From Malacoraja senta (Eukaryota): a stretch of DNA of 64,000 bases. Where the stretch lies: NCBI GenBank assembly GCA_038087875.1, contig CM075983.1, positions 43,772,001-43,836,000 on the forward strand. The letters are read 5' to 3'. This document shows positions 60,940 to 64,000 of the stretch, in pieces. Below the pieces are notes generated by a model, which saw nothing but the letters and a program-made list of their open reading frames with translations, was not told where the DNA came from and ran no database searches. A program made the position numbers and the translations under genes. The stretch's first letter is position 1; every line of letters starts with the position of its first letter.

Positions 60940-61720
60940 GAAATTTGTAGATGACACTAAAACAGGTGGCATCATAGACACTGAGGATGGTTCGCAAGAT
61001 TTATCTTAATCCCAGAGCCCTACACAGTGAATAGTGGAGCTCTGAAAAGTGTTGTATAGCAGAGGGATCTAGGAGTGCAGTTATATAGTTCCTTGAAAGT
61101 GGCTCAGCAGGTAGATGGGATGGTCAAAAAAGCTTTTGACACATTGGCCTTCACCAGTCAGATTATTGAGTAGATAAGTTGTAGTTATATAAGACGTTGA
61201 TGAGGCTGCATTTAGAGTATTGTGTTCAGTTCTGGGCACCAGTTCTGGGCACCAGTTCCAGGAAAGATGTTATTAAGTTGGAAAAGGTGCAGAGTAGATT
61301 TACAAGCATATTGCCAGGACTGAAGGGTTTGAGCTATAGGGAGAGGTTGAGCAGGCTGGGAGTCTAGTCCCTGGAGCACAGTAGGATGAGGATGTGATCT
61401 GATAGAGGTGGATAAAATCATGAGAGGAACAGATCAGGTAGATGCACAAGGGTTAAGGTGAAGGGGGAAATATTTTATAGGAATCTGAGGGGTGACGTTT
61501 TCACACAAAGGGTGATGGGTGTATGGAACGAGCTGCCGGAGGAGGTAGTTGAGGCAGAGACCATTGCAATGTTTAAGAAGCAATTAGACAGGTACCTGGA
61601 TTGGACAAATTAGGGAGAATTGGGCTAAATGCAGGCAGGTGGGACAGGTGTAGATAGTACATGTTAGCTGGCATGGGCAAGTTTGGCCGAAGATGCCTGT
61701 TTCCAAACTGTAAGACTCAA
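60940..61720 (+). mobile_element. CR1 LINE fragment
   Basis: aaatttgtagatgacactaaa (KFVDDTK, RT catalytic motif remnant) through 3' tail. Confidence 0.85.
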
Positions 61721-62009
61721 TTTATCACTCTAACTGGGCAAGTGTGGTGAGGAACGGCTAATGGATTTCAATACATATGAGATGTTGAATTTTTGGAAGT
61801 CAAACCAAGGCTGGTACAATGACAACTTTTAAAAATACACTTGGACAGGTACACGGATAAGAAAGGTTTAGAGTGATATCAGCCAAAAGTGGGAAAATGG
61901 GGCATCTTGGTCAGCGTGGTTGGGTGGACTGTCCTGTTTCCATGCTGAATGACTCAAAGACTCTATAAGTATTTAAACCATGACAGCTGCCATTATAACA
62001 CAATGAACA

Positions 62010-62360
62010 TATAAGACCATAAGACATTGGAGCAGAATTAGGCCAGTCAGCCCATCAAGTCTACTCCGTCTACTCTGATCTATTTTTCCGTCTCAACCCT
62101 GTTCCCCTGCCTGCTCCCTGTAACCCTTGACACCTTTACTAATCAAGAGCCTATTACTCTCTACTTTAGAAAAACCCAATAACTTGGCCTCTACCGCCCA
62201 TCTGTGGCTATGAATTCCACAGATTCACCACCCTCTGATTATAGAAATTCCTCCTTGTCCCAATACTAAATGTATGTCCTTTTAATCTGAGGCTGTGCCC
62301 TCTGGTCCTAGTCTCTCCCATTAGTAGAAACATCCTTTCCATGTCCACTCTGTCTAGGCC
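62010..62360 (-). mobile_element. CR1 LINE 3' fragment
   Basis: (cataaga)n tail and CR1 3' sequence. Confidence 0.8.
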
Positions 62361-62469
62361 TTTTTAGTGGCTTGATTAGTGGGCAAGAGGTCATGTGGAT
62401 GTGTAGCAGGACATCTAGGTTGGTAGGTGATGTGATAGTCCTTGGTAGGTTGTGTACTGAGGTTGAGAC

Positions 62470-62775
62470 AGGCACGGTGGCGCAGCGGTAGAGTTGCTGC
62501 CTCACAGAGCCAGAGACATGGGTTCAATTCTGACCACAGGTGCTGTCTATATGGAGTTTGTACGTTCACCCTGTGACCACATAGATTTTCTCCGGGTGCT
62601 CCTGTTTCTTCCCAAACTGCAAAGACGTGCCGGTTTGTAGGTTAATTGGCTTCGGTAAATTGTCCCTGATGTGTAGTCTCACATAGAACTAGTGTAGGGG
62701 GTAATTGTTAGTCGGCGCGGACTCGGTAGGCCGACAGGGCCTGTTTCCACGCTCTATCTCTAAACTAAACTAAAC
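62470..62775 (+). mobile_element. HE1-like V-SINE
   Basis: Full copy. Confidence 0.88.
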
Positions 62776-62859
62776 AAGACACAGCATACTCACAGATAAT
62801 ATCACCAGGAATATTTGGATGGATGGAGAGAGTCTCAGATGCCTGACTGTTATTGAACT

Positions 62860-63100
62860 GAGCCTAGCTGACAGTATGAATAAATTGATGGCCTTTCATG
62901 CACCAGAAATAACAAAAAGTGACAGCCGAATCTCGGTAAATGTACCTAAGCTGTAAAAAGAGGATACTGATTTATGAGCTAATGAATCAATTTACTGCCT
63001 GCTATTATAGATGCAATGTGTGTAGTACAATAGTGTGGTGCAATCTTCTGAATCTTACATTAAGTCAGTATAAATCAGTAATTGTAATCAGACACTAAAC
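62860..63100. promoter_or_regulatory. Candidate Pbx-Hox/Meis enhancer
   Basis: TGACAG 62869 and 62920; TGATNNAT 62968 (+), 62982 (-), 63070 (-); repeat-free. Confidence 0.35.
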
Positions 63101-63641
63101 ATTGTGATAGATAAGGTCAGGTGCCTGAAAATAACAATTAAACACGACCTTGAACAGATTATTGTAATGTCAACCAACAGCAGCACATAAAATGGCAGTC
63201 ATCAAGGGATTAGGATACATTGGCAATACAACGTTTCCAGGGCAACAGATGAAGCAGAGTTTACAGTGCTTGCCGTCTTCTGCTAAATAAAACACAGCTT
63301 CCACTTTAAGCAATTGGACAGAAATTAATTACATTTGTTTATGAATTAGTGATAAATCTGGATCACATTTTTTTTTGCCAAACGTCAGTTAACCTCGGTT
63401 TAAACATGTTTAACTTGTTATCTTTTCCAAATACCAATCTATGATGGAAGAAATTGCAAACAAAACAGCTTTGAGAGATGATACGAAATGGTGCGTTACC
63501 TTAAAATTTAATTTGTTGCTGAGATAGAATAGCAAGTTATACGCTTTGGGGGTGATTAAAATGGGAATGGAAAAGGAAGAAGGAGGAGGCGGTTGAAAGA
63601 TTATTAGACGTAAAAGAAATTGGAATTTGTATAGCGCCTTT

Positions 63642-63960
63642 AGGGCAGTAGAGTGGCGCAGCGGTAGAGCTGCTGCCTCACAGCGCCAGAGACCCATATT
63701 CAAACCTGACCATGGGTGCTGTCTGTGTGGAGTTTGTACGTTCTCCCTGTGACTGCGTGGGCTTTCCCTGGATGCTCTGGTTTCTTCCCACATCCCAAAG
63801 GGTTTGCAGGATAATTGGCCTTTATAAATAGCCCATAATGTGTAGGGAGTGGATGAGAAAGTGAGATAACTAATGTGAATGGGTGATCGATGGTCGGTGT
63901 GGACTCAATGGGTTGAAGGGCCTGTTTCCATGCCTAATCTCTAAACTAAACTAAACTAAA
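63642..63960 (+). mobile_element. V-SINE
   Basis: Full copy with (ctaaa)n tail. Confidence 0.88.
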
Positions 63961-64000
63961 TCTTGCAAATCCCTAGGCTTTACCAAAGTGATTCACTGGT

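Overview
A repeat-saturated, non-genic (intergenic or deep intronic) vertebrate window. The repeat set (HE1-type V-SINEs sharing a 3' tail with CR1/HER1-type LINEs, Penelope, Rex1/Babar) points to a cartilaginous fish, probably a skate or ray; this is an inference. No host protein-coding exon is supported, and the only recognisable ORFs are retroelement remnants (CR1 RT, Rex1 C-terminus, Penelope GIY-YIG). Contents: more than 30 tRNA-derived SINE copies, many CR1 fragments, three PIF/Harbinger-type MITEs, two Helitron-like elements, a solo LTR, a 1-kb TIR element with a 7-bp TSD, two N gaps and several TE-free enhancer-like islands. Main observations: (1) an abundant Penelope-derived short repeat carrying a minimal hammerhead ribozyme core, found as TSD-flanked 97-150 bp units, fold-backs and back-to-back pairs; (2) two different Harbinger-type MITEs inserted at the same TTA of the SINE tRNA-like head; (3) a complete 3267-bp Helitron in a CR1 LINE carrying a promoter-like cassette, a 64-bp satellite with higher-order structure and a 30-bp array; (4) a 62-bp inverted templated insertion. 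SINE and LINE boundaries are approximate; TSD and TIR coordinates were read directly from the sequence.
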